NCBI RefSeq assembly: GCF_006345805.1
Contig: NC_042997.1
Location: 13,206,001-13,270,000, forward strand
Direction: 5' to 3'
Length of the DNA: 64,000 nt
From: Octopus sinensis
Lineage: Eukaryota
Position 1 is the stretch's first letter, and each line of letters begins with the position of its first letter. Shown here in pieces: positions 12,262 to 26,295 of the stretch. The notes under the pieces were generated by a model, which saw only the letters and a list, made by a program, of their open reading frames with translations, was not told the origin of the DNA and searched no databases. Made by a program: the position numbers and the translations under genes.

Positions 12262-12382
12262 ATATATATAATATATATATATATATACACACACACACCA
12301 CACACACACACACATACACACAAACACACACGCAGAGACACACAGGTGTGTGCGAAAGTAGGTATAGACTTGCTATAGTTGA

Positions 12383-12585
12383 GAGCTGGCAGAGCCGTTA
12401 ACACGCCGGGCGAAATGCGTAATGGCATTTCGTCTGTCCTTACTTTCTGACAGCAAATTCTATCGGGATTGACGCTGCTTTTCATCCTTTCGACGTCAAT
12501 AAGTACCAGTTGAATACTGGGGTCGAGGTAACCGAATTACCTCCTTCCCTGAAATTGCTGGCCTTGGGCCAATATTTGAATCTAA
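12383..12585 (+). mobile_element. SINE family B
   Basis: gagctggcagagccgttaacacgccgggcgaaatgc..cttttcatcctttcgacgtcaataagtaccag. Confidence 0.8.
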
Positions 12586-12703
12586 TACGAGTGGCATAGT
12601 ATCCCAAAAAAAGAAATAGAGAAAGAAAAAGAATATTCCACTCTTATTAAGCAAATGTATATCTATTTTTCTCCACCCCTGTATATATCGTGATATCTCA
12701 GCT

Positions 12704-12734
<31 letters not shown>

Positions 12735-12837
12735 ATGTGTGTGTTTGTGTGTATGTGTGAAAAGAAGAAAGAGTATGTGTATGTTTGTGTATGACAGATA
12801 CAGTTGCTTGTCATTTCTTCCATTCTGAGGGGAAAAA

Positions 12838-13619
12838 ATACATTATTGTGTATTCTTCTAAAGATATTTTTACATTCTATATTCTACATAAAATCGTTTG
12901 CTGGAATGAAGTATTAATTGCTCTGGGTAAAGACAACGCAATTAGAATGAGACACATATATTGATTGATAATGTATTCAAGAAGTCATAGGAGAACAGGC
13001 GGTTCCATACACAGTATATGAGTATCCATAATTTTAGTCCAACAGCGATGCAAAATTACATGATCACATATTTCAATGAATATACGCACCTAGAGAAGAC
13101 CAGAAATACTTATCTGAAAACTGAATTCCAATTTTGTACCCTATGAACCCAAACTCTGTCACCTTATCATAGATTTACAATCTTCCTTCCGTATTCGAAC
13201 TATTTCCCCCTAAAACATTTCTTCACCTATAAAAGATTATTGCTTATCTTTCTAACCTTATCAGTCTTATGTGCTATATTTATCGCAATTCTTATTTCTT
13301 CTAGCCATTAATCAATCAATCAAATTAAGATATTTAAACGCTAAATGAACTCCAAAAGTTTTAGTACATGAAATGCTTTGTGTAACTTGAAACTGCATTA
13401 AATACCCCGCTTTCTACTATTTTTGTGATGCATTCTATTTTTATTAAATAATTCGTATTCCCAATTTGCATTTTCTTCTGTTTCGAAGCTTTTAGCTTCA
13501 AAAGTGGTTAAATATAGGAAGGTCTCATCAGTACATCTGGAATATCTTTTGTTGCACCGGTTGAGATTATTTAGTTAACTCAATGCAAAGCCAAACATTG
13601 TACTATATACTTATATATA

Positions 13620-13659
<40 letters not shown>

Positions 13660-13692
13660 ATATATATTTGTGTATATACATATATATGTCTG

Positions 13693-13758
<66 letters not shown>

Positions 13759-14106
13759 TATATATATGATGGTTGGATGGATGGAACAAAACGAAACAGT
13801 AGAGCTAAATATTTTATGAACAAACGTTCCTGTTTTGTTTTACTTCCTATATCTTCTCTGTAATCTATGCAAATATAGACTGAAACCATCTATACATTAT
13901 TGTGTATTCTTCTAAAGATATTTTTGCATTCTATATTCTACATAAAATCGTTTGCTGGAATGAAGTATTAATTGCTCTGGGTAAAGACAACGCAATTAGA
14001 ATGAGATACATATATTGATTGATAATGTATTCAAGAAGTCATAGGAGAGCAGGCGGTTCCATACACAGCATATGAGTATCCATAATTTTAGTCCAACAGC
14101 GATGCA
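12838..14106 (+). repeat. 215-bp direct duplication (12838-13052 and 13892-14106)
   Basis: The copies differ at four substitutions by eye; offset 1054 bp. Confidence 0.92.
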
Positions 14107-14884
14107 CTTCATTTTAGTCCAACAGCGATGCACAACAGTATTCACTTCCTACAGTGAATACCCTTCAGACTTCGCTACAAAAGTCGTCCTCGCGGTTTCA
14201 GATGTACAGAAATTTCATAACGTTCAAACTGCTGGTTATTTACCATGGGAGTTTAAATTTAAAACATGCTATAATTATGCACACGTACGCACATACACAA
14301 ACACATTTGTATATTTACAAATATATACACAAAAGATCCCACGTTGGAATGTAGAAAACAAAAGAGTGTCACTTTTTAACGAAAGAAAAGTCTTTTATTT
14401 ATTTTTTTTTTACTATTCTAATTACCTTTTGTGTTCATAATTTGTGTGTTTGCCTGATTTCTTTTTCTGAAAATCCCAAATTGTCAATAATGCATTTTGT
14501 AATAAAGCCAAGTGTACGAATTATTATCAGTATAAATGCAAATATGTAATCTTAGTATAGGAGCTGAAGGGTTCGAAGCACCTGTGGGTAGTTGTCCTCT
14601 TTCTCTTTGATTTCCAAAGACACACATAAGCAGGGCAATCTCTGTGACGGTACGTACTTTTCCGTGTGTGTGCTAAACAATTCCCGACCTTTTGTATTTA
14701 CACTTAGCAGTTTTGATGGGAATGTTCCACTAATATGTTGATGTTTATGCTATATTTAACAGCAGGAGGATTTTCTATTTTTATGCCAGAACAGTCTTTT
14801 GACGGATGGCATTATATATTGTTTTCGTGTCAACACCAAGTAGCCTTATGTGGTAGTATCATGAAAACTGCGTGGCAGAATAGA

Positions 14885-15012
14885 TTAACGTGGGGGTAAC
14901 GGGAAATGAGATGTTTCGCTCAAGAACAAAACGCATCGCCTGGCCCAGGAATCGAAACCACAATCTTACGGTCGTGAGGCCAGCACCATAGCCACTAAAC
15001 CATGCGCCTCGG
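14885..15012 (-). mobile_element. tRNA-derived SINE head fragment
   Basis: Minus gaggcgcatggtttagtggctatggtgctggcctcacgaccgtaagattgtggtttcgattcctggg. Confidence 0.75.
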
Positions 15013-16764
15013 CAATGTTTGCATTTAGTGGATCTAATTGAATTTTAATTTATCTATTAATGTCGAGAAGGACATACATTTCGAAAACTGCTACGTCATA
15101 CAGTGAATATCCTTTTCCTGCATTCTATTGCAGCATTTCCTATTTATTTTTATGGTTGGTGACTTGAAATATATTTAATGTCACAGTAAATTCTTACATA
15201 AATATTGTTATATATATTCATTGATTCTTTTTCTTCCTCTTTCATAAATGTATGTTTCACAAATGATTAAGAATGTCATAAAACTGCCTTTGAAACGTTT
15301 GATCGCATTAAATCAATCAGACGCCACAAAAATATGTTATATTCCTGCTACTACGTAATTTTTATGAAGGCTAAGACAAAGATTGATTTAATATATAACT
15401 TGTTACAATTGTTATTTCAATGCATAAATATAATTGTAGCGGTTTCACTTTTGAACTAGATTTTGTTCGTAAAAGTTGGTCTTTGAGTAGCTGGCAACAA
15501 CCAATCTTAGTTATTAGTACAAAACATCACAGAACTATAGACAGTTCAAGTTTGTGTTGTTGCAATTGATATTGTTGATATTCTGTTTAGCGATAAAATA
15601 TCTGGGTTAATATAAGCCTGGCGTTAAAAAGTGACTGTTTTTAGAAACGCACATATAGGGTTGTTGCTGCTTTTGTCTTTACGATCAGCTAGCAGAGTTA
15701 ACTATCGGTTAATTCTGTTCAGATCAAATATTCGGGTTCGAATTCACCAAACAATCACACCATTAATGTAGTCTTCTTTTTTATCACGAGAAATTCATAA
15801 ACAATTTGAAGAATGATAACATGGTAAAGCGAAATAAATATACTGTGATTTAGAAATTTGCGTACAAATAAACATTAGTCATATATGCAAGAGACTGTCA
15901 GTTCAGTAACCTAACCTACTCAAACACATATTCTATGCAATCAGATCGTTTTAGATCTACTAACTTTACATCGACTATATCCACCATATATTTTCATTTT
16001 GCTCTGTGAATGTTGGCATTATTTCCCAGTTGATGTTAGTTAACTATTCAATTATGTCTGCAGATATATTTTATATGCCTACATAAGAGTCCGGCAATAA
16101 GGTGTCCTCTTGAAGGTGTTTTGTGGGGTGGGGAGTGTGCTTATACTGGCTGCAGTTGATATTGGTTTATTATTTCATTTTAGCATTTCTTTTGATCATC
16201 CTACTTGAACTCGAACCATAGCACCTAAAATCCAGCTTTCTGTTTACGCCTTGATTCCTAACACACTGAGGCGTTATTGAATTTATATTGCCAAAACTTC
16301 TCTTTGAAGTTTAACAAGTTTTTTATACCATATTTTTTCATCTATATATGTTAGTATCGAGCTTTGATTTTTCTTACCGTCGACTTAAATCACACACACA
16401 CACACACACACACATACAGACGCACATGTGCGCGCGCGTGTGTGAGGAGTTGCCATACATCTATAGCTAGACACAATCATAGGTATCACAGGTTTGTTTT
16501 GATTTCTTCTACATATTAGTCTGCTAATATTATTTTTTCTAGATGCATCGCAGTAATATACTTTTTATTAGTTCCAGCTCTTTTTGTGCCCGATCGTTCT
16601 ATTCTATTCATATGTTTTAAAGTGACTGCTTTAAAAGAGGAATCCATCTGGGTTTTTTTTCATATACAAGCACGTCGTTTCACGTAATTTTATTAGAGTG
16701 AAGTCGCTTACGACTGGAACCGCTGTTGTTCTTTTACTTTAATTTTGGTTCTTAACAGCGGAGG

Positions 16765-16945
16765 AAGCGTAAATGTGGCGAGTGTGTAAAACCGTAAGCA
16801 CCCCGGGTAAAATCCTTTGCGGAATTTTGTCCGTCTTTACGTTCTGAGTTCAAATTCCGCCAGCCTCGGCTTTGCCTTTCATCCTTTCGGGATCGATGTA
16901 ATCGGCTTGCCCTCTTCCTACAAAGTTTTGGTCTGGTGCCTATAA
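16765..16945 (+). mobile_element. SINE family B
   Basis: ctttacgttctgagttcaaattccgcc..ctttgcctttcatcctttcgggatcgat. Confidence 0.8.
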
Positions 16946-17110
16946 TGAAAAGGACTACCGTATGAAGTGTTTTAATATATTTGTCCCAATGTTTACCTTA
17001 ATTTCGGTGTGCTGTTTCTTAACTGTTCATTAGCAATGAACACATCATTAGATCTAATTTATTAATTTACCTTAGCTTTAAGTAGTGTCTTTTACGAAAT
17101 ATTCTATACC

Positions 17111-17490
17111 CGGAGGCGCAATGGCCCAGTGGTTAGGGCAGCGGACTCGCGGTCATAGGATCGCGGTTTCGATTCCCAGACCGGGCGTTGTGAGTGTTTA
17201 TTGAGCGAAAACACCTAAAGCTCCACGAGGCTCCGGCAGGGGATGGTGGTGATCCCTGCTGTACTCTTTCACCACAACTTTCTCTTACTTCCTGCTTCTG
17301 TTGTACCTGTATTTCAAAGGGCCGGCCTTGTCACTCTCTGTGTCACGCTGAATATCCCCGAGAACTACGTTAAGAGTACACGTGTCTGTGGAGTGCTCAG
17401 CCACTTACACGTTAATTTGACGAGCAGGCTGTTCCGTTGATTCGGATCAACCGGAACGCTCGTCGTCGTAACCGACGGAGTGCTTCCATC
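17111..17490 (+). mobile_element. Full-length tRNA-Arg-like SINE (family C; resembles the octopus OR-type SINEs as recalled)
   Basis: Head ggaggcgcaatggcccagtggttagggcagcggacTCGcggtcataggatcgcggtttcgattccc has A and B boxes and a TCG anticodon position but no closed cloverleaf; ~300-nt body follows. Confidence 0.85.
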
Positions 17491-18024
17491 CATTCTATAC
17501 CCATATTTTTACGACTGCTATGTGCATTTATCTTTTTTATCTGTATATATGGTAGATAAATAAATAAAAAAAATTCTCTTATACCCAAACAAGAAATAAT
17601 GTACTATATTCCTCACATCATTTGTAGCCTTTGAGGGTCTGAATCGACGTATTTGCTCCAGGAAGTTTCGTGAATTCTCTCTCACCTATCGAGATCGCAT
17701 CTTTACCGTGCTCTCTGGTCAATAGATTTTTTTTCTAAATTTGAAACTGCTCTTATTTATACATATAGATTTATTGTCTTCTTGACGGACGGGGTGACCA
17801 GGATGTGTGGGATACATTGGTTGCCCCTGGGTGGAACTCCCCGCCTGGTGGAGATTTTCGTTGTTAGAACTTTCTTGTTAATTGTTATTGTTATTCATTG
17901 TATACTCGACATTATTCTTCTAAACTCTACTTGTCCATTGTGTTGTATTGTCCCGATTTGTTTCGTGCCCTGCCCTTGTGGCCAAGAAAGAAATCATCAT
18001 CATTATTATCATCATCATCATCAT

Positions 18025-18335
18025 CATTATTATTAGTGAGTGAGATAGCAGTGCATAACATCAGAGCGACATTGGGGTACAAATATACGAAGTCCAGTAT
18101 ACCCATTATGGTTATGATGCTCCCCCACTACTTCTGCACGTGATCAGAGATGTACATATCCTCAACCGCTAAGGTTAAGGTCAAACAACTGACAAGCAAA
18201 TCTGTGATACTGGGCAGCGTATTTGCTGTAGCCCATCTTTTACACCAAGACGAAAATCTACATCATAACACTTTCAATCAGTTAAGATCAGAAGCAATGA
18301 GAAGCACTGCATGGTACTGCATCAGGCCATTTTAT
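18025..18335. repeat. Probable interspersed repeat between (ATC)n/(ATT)n tracts, family unresolved
   Basis: Complex sequence bounded by triplet tracts; resembles a common octopus repeat from memory; single copy here. Confidence 0.4.
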
Positions 18336-18337
18336 AA

Positions 18338-18371
<34 letters not shown>

Positions 18372-18375
<4 letters not shown>

Positions 18376-18627
18376 TTGTCATATTTTCATCACGTGCTTT
18401 CACTGCACTAACGAGCGCAGCTCTGTATCCCTTAAGGTATGTGCTGTGGTATGTTGTGGTGTTCTTATTTGCACTGTATTGAAAATGTTTTATGAAGGAT
18501 GTAAGCGGTGTCTAGTAGTGCAATTTTCTGAATGTTATATATACTTGTAAGTCCTGGTGTTTTTGTTGTGCATTTGTCTGAATGGGTTCTTTTATCTACC
18601 TAATGCACCTACTATGAGAGAAATTGT
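18372..18627 (-). mobile_element. 3' end of an RLE-type non-LTR retrotransposon (R4/Dong-like)
   Basis: Minus QKIALLDTAYILHKTFSIQ*; homologous to 48015-48290; 3' end abuts (TAA)n. Confidence 0.75.
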
Positions 18628-18656
18628 TTGCATCATCATCATCATCATCATCATCA

Positions 18657-18688
<32 letters not shown>

Positions 18689-18694
18689 GCCGCA

Positions 18695-19110
18695 GCAAGC
18701 TGGCAGAATCGCTAGTACGCCGTACGAGATACTTGGAGGCATTTCTTCCATCTTTACGTTCTCTAGTTCAAATTTTACCGCAGTCGATTTTGCCTTTCAT
18801 CCTTTCGGGTGCGAGAAAATTAAGTATCAGCTAAATACTGGGGTCGATGTAATCGACTAGTCCCTTCTCCCAAAATTTCAGACCTGGTACCCTGAGTAGA
18901 AGGGATCATAATGATAAGGCGGTCAGTTGGCAGAATTGTTAAGCATGTCAGGCAAAATGCTTAGCAATATTTCCTCCGTCGTTACGTTCCACTGTGGTCG
19001 ACTTTGCCTTTCATCCATTTGATCGACTAGTCCCTTCCCCGAAAATTTCAAGTCTTGTGGCTATAGCAAAAAAAGCATTATTATTATTATTATTATTATT
19101 ATTAATATTA

Positions 19111-19148
<38 letters not shown>

Positions 19149-19490
19149 GTAGTAGTAGTAGTAGTAGTAGTAGTATAGTAGTAGTAGTAGCAGCAGCAGC
19201 AGCTGTAGTAGTAGTAGTAGTAGTAGTAGTAGTTGCAGCAGCAGCAGTTGTAGTAGTAGTAGTTGCTGTTAAGGCAACTAGCTGGCAAAAATCTTAAGCT
19301 CACCGAGCAAAATCTTTATGGACATCTCGTCTGTCTGTACATTCTGAGTTCAAATTCTGCTGAAGTCAACTTCACCTTTCATCATTTTGGGGGCGTTAAA
19401 ACAAATTCTAGCTGAACACTGGGTTTGATTTAACCGACTTAGTCCCCTCCCCGAAACTGCTAGTCTTGTGCCAAATTTGAAACCATTATT
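18695..19490 (+). mobile_element. Three tandem SINE family B copies (~18695-18900, ~18920-19065, ~19275-19490) interleaved with triplet microsatellites
   Basis: Each has tggcaga/aaa..ttagcaa/gg..ttcaaatt..tttgcctttcatc..gactagtcccttc. Confidence 0.8.
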
Positions 19491-22400
19491 ATTTTCTGTT
19501 ATATTTGTCATTGTTTAAATCACTTCAGTCCCGGCGGCGCGCCATATTAATCAAAAACCTTCAGACCACTTTCTTCTCTTTCAAGAATAGTTTAACGTGT
19601 CTTTTTTTCTTTTTTTAGGGACAGTAGATGTACTTTAGGTGATATTTTAATTCGTTAACGTTTATGCAAGTCCATTGTTTTGATGTAGGGACATAGTGAA
19701 TTCAATCTGCCCAAGGATTGATACTTATTTGTTTTCGAACCCACAAAAATTAAAAAGCAAAATACACCACGGTCGGATTTGAACTCAGAACGAAAATGGT
19801 TATGACTAAATACTACAAAATATATTTTCGACGCTTTAGCCGTGCATCATCCACCGCTTCGAAGTAACTTCAAACTATGCAGAGGGTTTTTTCGGGTCAT
19901 TATAATGCACACATTTAATATACCTACTTAGAGTGTGAATATTTAGAAGCATCTATGAAAATGGCATACAGAATTCTTGCATAATCTTACGCTAATTGAA
20001 TTTCTGTGTGTATGTATGAGTTTGTTTGCGTGTGAGATATTTAATATTTTTTTTACTAATAATCTAAGTTATTTAGAGTTTTAAAATGTAAATTAATAAT
20101 TGGTTTTAAGAGAATCCATTTCTGTAATTCTTAGCTGTTATTCAGAAAAATGTAAATTCCTGAAAGTATATTCGATAATGATTAGTTAAGTAGCCATTAA
20201 CTTATTGATTTCTTGTATAATTCTCACCAACATTATTATTACAACGGAAACCATTTTCAATATTACCATTATTTTCTCCGTCTTTCTAAATTTCTATTGC
20301 TAATTGGTTTCTTTTAATTTTTCTTGTTTTAATTGCTGCTAAATACATATTTTAATAATCGTCTAGGCTCCTCTTCTTACTCCTCCTCCCCTTCTCTTTC
20401 TTCTTCTCCCCTTGTTCTTGCATCATCACGATCATCATTACCACCACCACTACCACCACCATTATCATCATTATCATCAACATGATTATTATTGTTGCTG
20501 TTGCTGTTTTAGTTGTTGATGTAATTGTTGTGGTTGTTCTTTGCGTATACTGTTGCCTAAGTCTGTTCTCCCGAAGAAGCTTATGGATTTTATATAAATA
20601 ATTAACGTATTAAATGTAAGTTGCTTATTTCATATAGTATTATTTTTTTTATTCTACACTTTATTTATTTTTGCAGTTGAATATTATATTTAATATCCCG
20701 ATTAGCGAAAAAGAATATGCATCTTGACCATAAGGGGGAAATATTTTGTTTTAAAAAGAGCAGGTGAGTTCACTTATGAAACAAAGAAGGATGGAGGACA
20801 TAGGTGGGTAACGATTTGGCCAAGAAACTAGCGGGATTATTATCATCTGTCAATTGATTTGGCGTGAATTATTTTAAATTTTCCCCTGTACCAAATCACT
20901 AAGTGTTATGCATAATCATAAAGCTATAGATTTCTTGTTTTGTTTTATTTCTACTGTATATTTCAGTGGAGCTGATAAAGATTGTAGCTGTATGATGATA
21001 TAGAGAAAAATTTGACTCTCACTGTAGAGCTAGGAGAAGGACGCGCGCATTTCAGGACTGACTTAGGGATACTCTGATGCCACCTCTGAATAATAGTGTT
21101 GTTTTAGAAATTTCTCTAGATTGAATTAAAGGGGTTTTTCTGATTTGCAAAGGATTCGCTGATATGCTGAGGTTTATAGCCGCTTATATCCGTCAATAAC
21201 AAAAGATAAATATTTTCAAGTTACTGAATTCATTATTCGATATTCCAGATCCCTTCGTGGGTGCGCGGATGTGTATGTTAGTTGAAAAGGCTAGCATAAT
21301 GCTGTTGAAGTGCATCGCGTGTGTGATCAAGTCGTAGCTTTATATATGCATAAACCCATAAAACTTAAGTGACGGATATCGAAACAATATTTGAAATGTG
21401 ACATTCAAACGTTACGAAATTGTTGCGGATCAACCAGATCGCTCATAAGTACAGTATTCGATAGACTAATTATTAGTGAAAGTGATGGATGTCCACATTT
21501 TCAAGTATATCTCTACTCGGGTAATAAGGTCATAATACCAGTTGATTTCTTTCAAAATTCTAGATGTGGACTGAAAGTGTCAATCCTGTCCTCTTGAAAA
21601 ATATCCAGAAGATACAAAGCAGGTTATATCAAATGTTTTTGTCATTTATTTAGATTATTAAAGAAATATATCAGCATTATGTGATCCTCTCGTTTCTGAT
21701 AATTGGACGCAATCGTGCCTAGAAATATTCTGTTAGTTGACCTTACAGAATACAACTTATAATCCGAAAGACACGCACCTGAAGGCATTTATCTCACACA
21801 TGTTCTATGGGGGAAAAACAGAACTACTTGCTGCGATTCTACTCATCGTTCCTGACACAATAGAAGAAGGAATTCTATGTCTGACATACCAAGTGGTCTA
21901 TTATTTCACCTCGTAAACTATCACTCTATCCCCCTTGTTGATGTCACAGCATGTTATGTTAGACAGGAGCCTCCTCATAGGATTCGTTACCACGCATGCA
22001 TCGCCTCTCGGCAAGCTGAGTTACCGAGTGAAAGAGCTATATTTTCTTTTATTACTTCTCCCATTACGGGATTTATCTTAATTAATGTTTTCATTGTTCT
22101 GACTTTTCCCATTGCGCGTTAATTCGCTATCGTTTCAGTGTTATTCTTTCGTTGCCACCATTTTTAAATTGAAGCCTTATTTACACTTTTATGAAATGGT
22201 CCTTTTATCTACAAGTGAAGCATTTGAAATTTCCTCATTAAACAGTTTTTATATATCTTCTTTTCACTCGTTGAGTTAAATTTCTGAGACGAAGCTTATA
22301 TTTCTAATTGTAAACGTCTGGAACCCGATGTTATCTAATTCATATTAATAGATAAATGACGTTAAAAAAGCACACTGTCAAATCGACCCCTCATAATTTT

Positions 22401-24810
22401 CCCAAATGAAGATATTTCAAGTACTTTCACGTTTAAATCTGTCACCTCTTTTCAAGAGAAAATGATCAGAGAAATTTCATTAGTGTACACGGAAAGGCAG
22501 ATAATACATAACAGGCCACGCGAAAGTGGTACAAAATATGGAGGGCGATATATATAAATATTCTAAACGGTGTTGGGTGAACTAAAACGTAATATAATAC
22601 ACTGAAACAGATTAAGTGTTTAGTGAATCAGACAAGTATGCATCTCATTTGATCAGGGCTCTCAGTCTCATTAGGCTCGCGTTGTCACACGTTACTGATA
22701 CTTTGTATAACTTCGTACTATCTAAATCGCTTTAAAAGAGGACGAGAGGATAACTTTATCCTTCTGGCAGTTCAAATTTATCTGTTAGAGTGTTTTTCGA
22801 TGTATTCGGCCTTGTTCTTCTCGGAAATGCCGTCTTTTTCTCGTCTGATGTGTTTGTTATATTACTTGAAAGTCAAATAAGAAACATGCCAGATTTTCAT
22901 TAATGACTTGAGAAATTCATTCATATTGGTTGGGACAACATTCGTTAAGGACTTTAAGCCTGTTGTTTTTAGTTTCAACACATGTTTTCACGCCTTGTTT
23001 GTTTCCTTACTACTCTCAGGATTTTTCCAGTTTTGTCGGAGCTCCATACATTGGCACTGAGGATGAATAGTTTCGTTTCTCTGTTCTCCAGTACTGTTCT
23101 CTAGCGCTGACCATCATCGGGACTCATACGCTTCCCGCTTTAAAAACAGCAACGCCGGAAGCAGCTGAAGTAACCGTGGTTTTCAACTCACGATCACATA
23201 CTTATGGATGCTGCACGATTTGTTTTATTCGCTTTCATTTCGTTAAGTGATGTTTAAAATCATAGATACATCAATTTATTCTTCTACTCCGTACCATCAA
23301 TCATATTCCATCAATCAACTCTCCATTCTTTCAAGCGGGTATAAACTCGCTATAAATCCCGTGGGCTTTGAAGAGTAATTTTTTTATAGTAAAATGATGT
23401 GGCCCTTACATAATCCAAAAGTCTTCTTCTTCGCACCGAAAAAATAAAGAATGAGAAATCAAGTCTGTTTTTTTTTTTTTTTTTTTTTCTCTTACCATTT
23501 CAGTTAGGTGTAATAAAATCCACTTAGAACGGGAGGACTCTAAAACGCGTCTGTTCAGCGGAGAGAAAAAACATACAATCACCGATTCCATCCTTCGAAG
23601 AAAAAAACTTTTTCTTTGTTTTCTTTTTTATTTCAAAATCTTCTAATGAAAATTATCAAATACGTTCCTTTTTTTTTTTACCTGGTATATTTGTAATGAA
23701 CGAAAACAATAAAAATAAAGCAACGTATAGAAAATATTTAAAAGTTATATTTTCTAAAAGCAGGTGTTCATGGCTATTTAAGTTTGCTTATCGACTCATA
23801 CTCTAAGATCATTTTAGTTTAAAATTATATATAATCTACTAAGTATACACATACATGCACACACGTACACACGCACGCACACATGTATGCATGTATATGT
23901 GTATATACATATATATAAATATATATATACATATATATATACATACATACATACACTTGGTTGCGCGTGTAGGTTTGTACATATGCCGGCACGTGTACTT
24001 ATATATCTATACTTATATATCTATAGCCGAAAGAATATATAAATTGTGTATGTGTATAAGTACTCATACATACATTCATACACGCATGTATGTACACACG
24101 CACACACAGACATAAATACACATATTTTGTTGGGTATATATGTGAGCATTTGTATGTGTGCATATTTGTATGAGTTATTTTACATTATAGAATGCAAGTT
24201 TACGGTTTTTTTATTGCTTCACATTTGTTTTTTCTTTATGGAAAAAGAAAAACAAAGCAAAGACAAGGTTAGAAACCAAATACATTAAAGACCACAATTA
24301 TTATTACTATTATTATATTATTATTATTATTATTATCATCATCATCATCATCATCATCATCATTATTATTATTATAATTATTATTATTATTATCATTATT
24401 ATTATTATTTTTATTATTATTATTATAGTATTTAGCTGCTTATTTTGTTATTATTCTTGTCATTGCTGTTAGATAGGTTTCTCTTTTATTTATTTATTTT
24501 TTTCGATGTTGTTGCTAGCGTCCTTATTAATGCTTTACCCTGTTTCTTTCTACTGTAAACCAGCCTTCAGCCAGTTACTTTGGAGGAGGACCAGATGTTA
24601 AAACAGTTCTGTTGCATATATTTTTCCACTATGCTTGTAAACATACTTGCATTATAAGGAAAAATGAAGAAAGGCGGAAGAACAAAGAAAGACAGAAAGA
24701 AGGAAATATAGAAAGAAAATATTCTATACACACGTAAAATCATGTGCGCACAAAAAAATGTTTGAGAAAACAACAGTGAAAGAATAAAAAATTATCTGTA
24801 TGTGAGTTTG

Positions 24811-24846
<36 letters not shown>

Positions 24847-25369
24847 CAATTATATGCATATGTGTATATGGATATCTATGGATGGATATATATATATATG
24901 TATGTATGTAGTCATTGAAAAAAATAAAACAGAAATACACCAACTATCGTGAAATAAAATTTTTAAGTTAGATTTCTTACTGTGGTTGAGGTGTATCTTA
25001 TCTTTGAGAATTATATAACAAAATGATTTACGGGTGAGTTTGTACGTGCGTGCACGTGTGTGTATGCGTGTGAAGGAAACTATGCGGAATGCATCTGGTA
25101 ACGTTGGCGCAAAACCATTGTGGGTGAACGTGCATGTTCTTTTTGTAAGTTTTCACAAATATATATATATATATATATATATATTATCTATTGAAATATC
25201 ATGGGATTTTGATCTGAGTTTCTATTTCTCATTTTCTTTATTCTTTGAGGGCAGAGAGATATCATGAGAAGAATTTCATCTTTTCAAGTTTTCCTATCCC
25301 TCACTTTCTCTCCTCTCTATTTCTTTCTCACTATGCCTATCTCTCTCTCTCTTTCTCTCTCTCTCTCTC

Positions 25370-25420
<51 letters not shown>

Positions 25421-25644
25421 CTATTCTTTTACATTATTGTCTCCTCATACATTCTCTGACTCTTCCAAGCCCCCTTTCTCCCTCTTTGTATTTACTTATT
25501 TTTTCTGCATTTGCGATGTACTTTTTCTGAGGTTGTACCTCCACATATACGTGTGTGTGTTTTTGTATCTATTTATCTATGTATCCCTGTAATAGCGTAC
25601 ATGCATACACACACACACAAGCACATATTTATACATATACTTGT

Positions 25645-25800
25645 ATGCATACATACATACATACATACATACATACATACATACATACAGACAGACAGAC
25701 ACATACATACATACATACATACATACATACATACATACATACATACATACATACAGACAGACAGACAGATACATACATACATAGATACATACATATATAT
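25645..25800. repeat. (CATA)n/(CAGA)n compound microsatellite
   Basis: Direct reading. Confidence 0.97.
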
Positions 25801-26069
25801 ATATGTTTATATATATACACATATATATATATATATATATTTATATTTGATTCCATTATGCTGAACCGTTATTCCATACACGTATTTTTTTTCACTGTCT
25901 CTTCTTTTTTGCCTTTTAATACTTTCTATCGAAGAGCGTAGGCTCGAAATGTAAAAACTTTTTCCATTCTTCCCGAGCGATAATCCAATACATCCGCAAG
26001 TTGTTCCTACACCTGCTTCGTCTTTTGTTTCCTGTAAATTTGAACCATATATATTTATATGTGTGTATA

Positions 26070-26112
<43 letters not shown>

Positions 26113-26295
26113 AAATTGAGGAAATAGAGCAGGTAAAATGAAGACTACATATATTTTCTAGCTAACCGAACCTAGGAATTAATGATTACTCAACGAAGAA
26201 AACTCCACCAGCTACTCATTAGGTCGAAGATATTTTAGTTAAATGAAGTTTACATTGTCGTCAAGGGATCCCAAGTTAACTCCCAGGAGATGTAA

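Noticed and set aside
17111-17185. tRNA-Arg-like sequence
   Set aside because: Acceptor and anticodon stems do not close and it continues into a SINE body; it is a SINE head, not a tRNA gene. The same applies to the other tRNA-like heads.
21760-21920. Open stretch NPKDTHLKAFISHMFYGGKTELLAAILLIVPDTIEEGILCLTYQ
   Set aside because: No family motif recognised and splice signals are weak; compatible with chance.
22560-23280. Possible transposon or exon remnant
   Set aside because: No motif or terminal repeat that I could verify in any frame.
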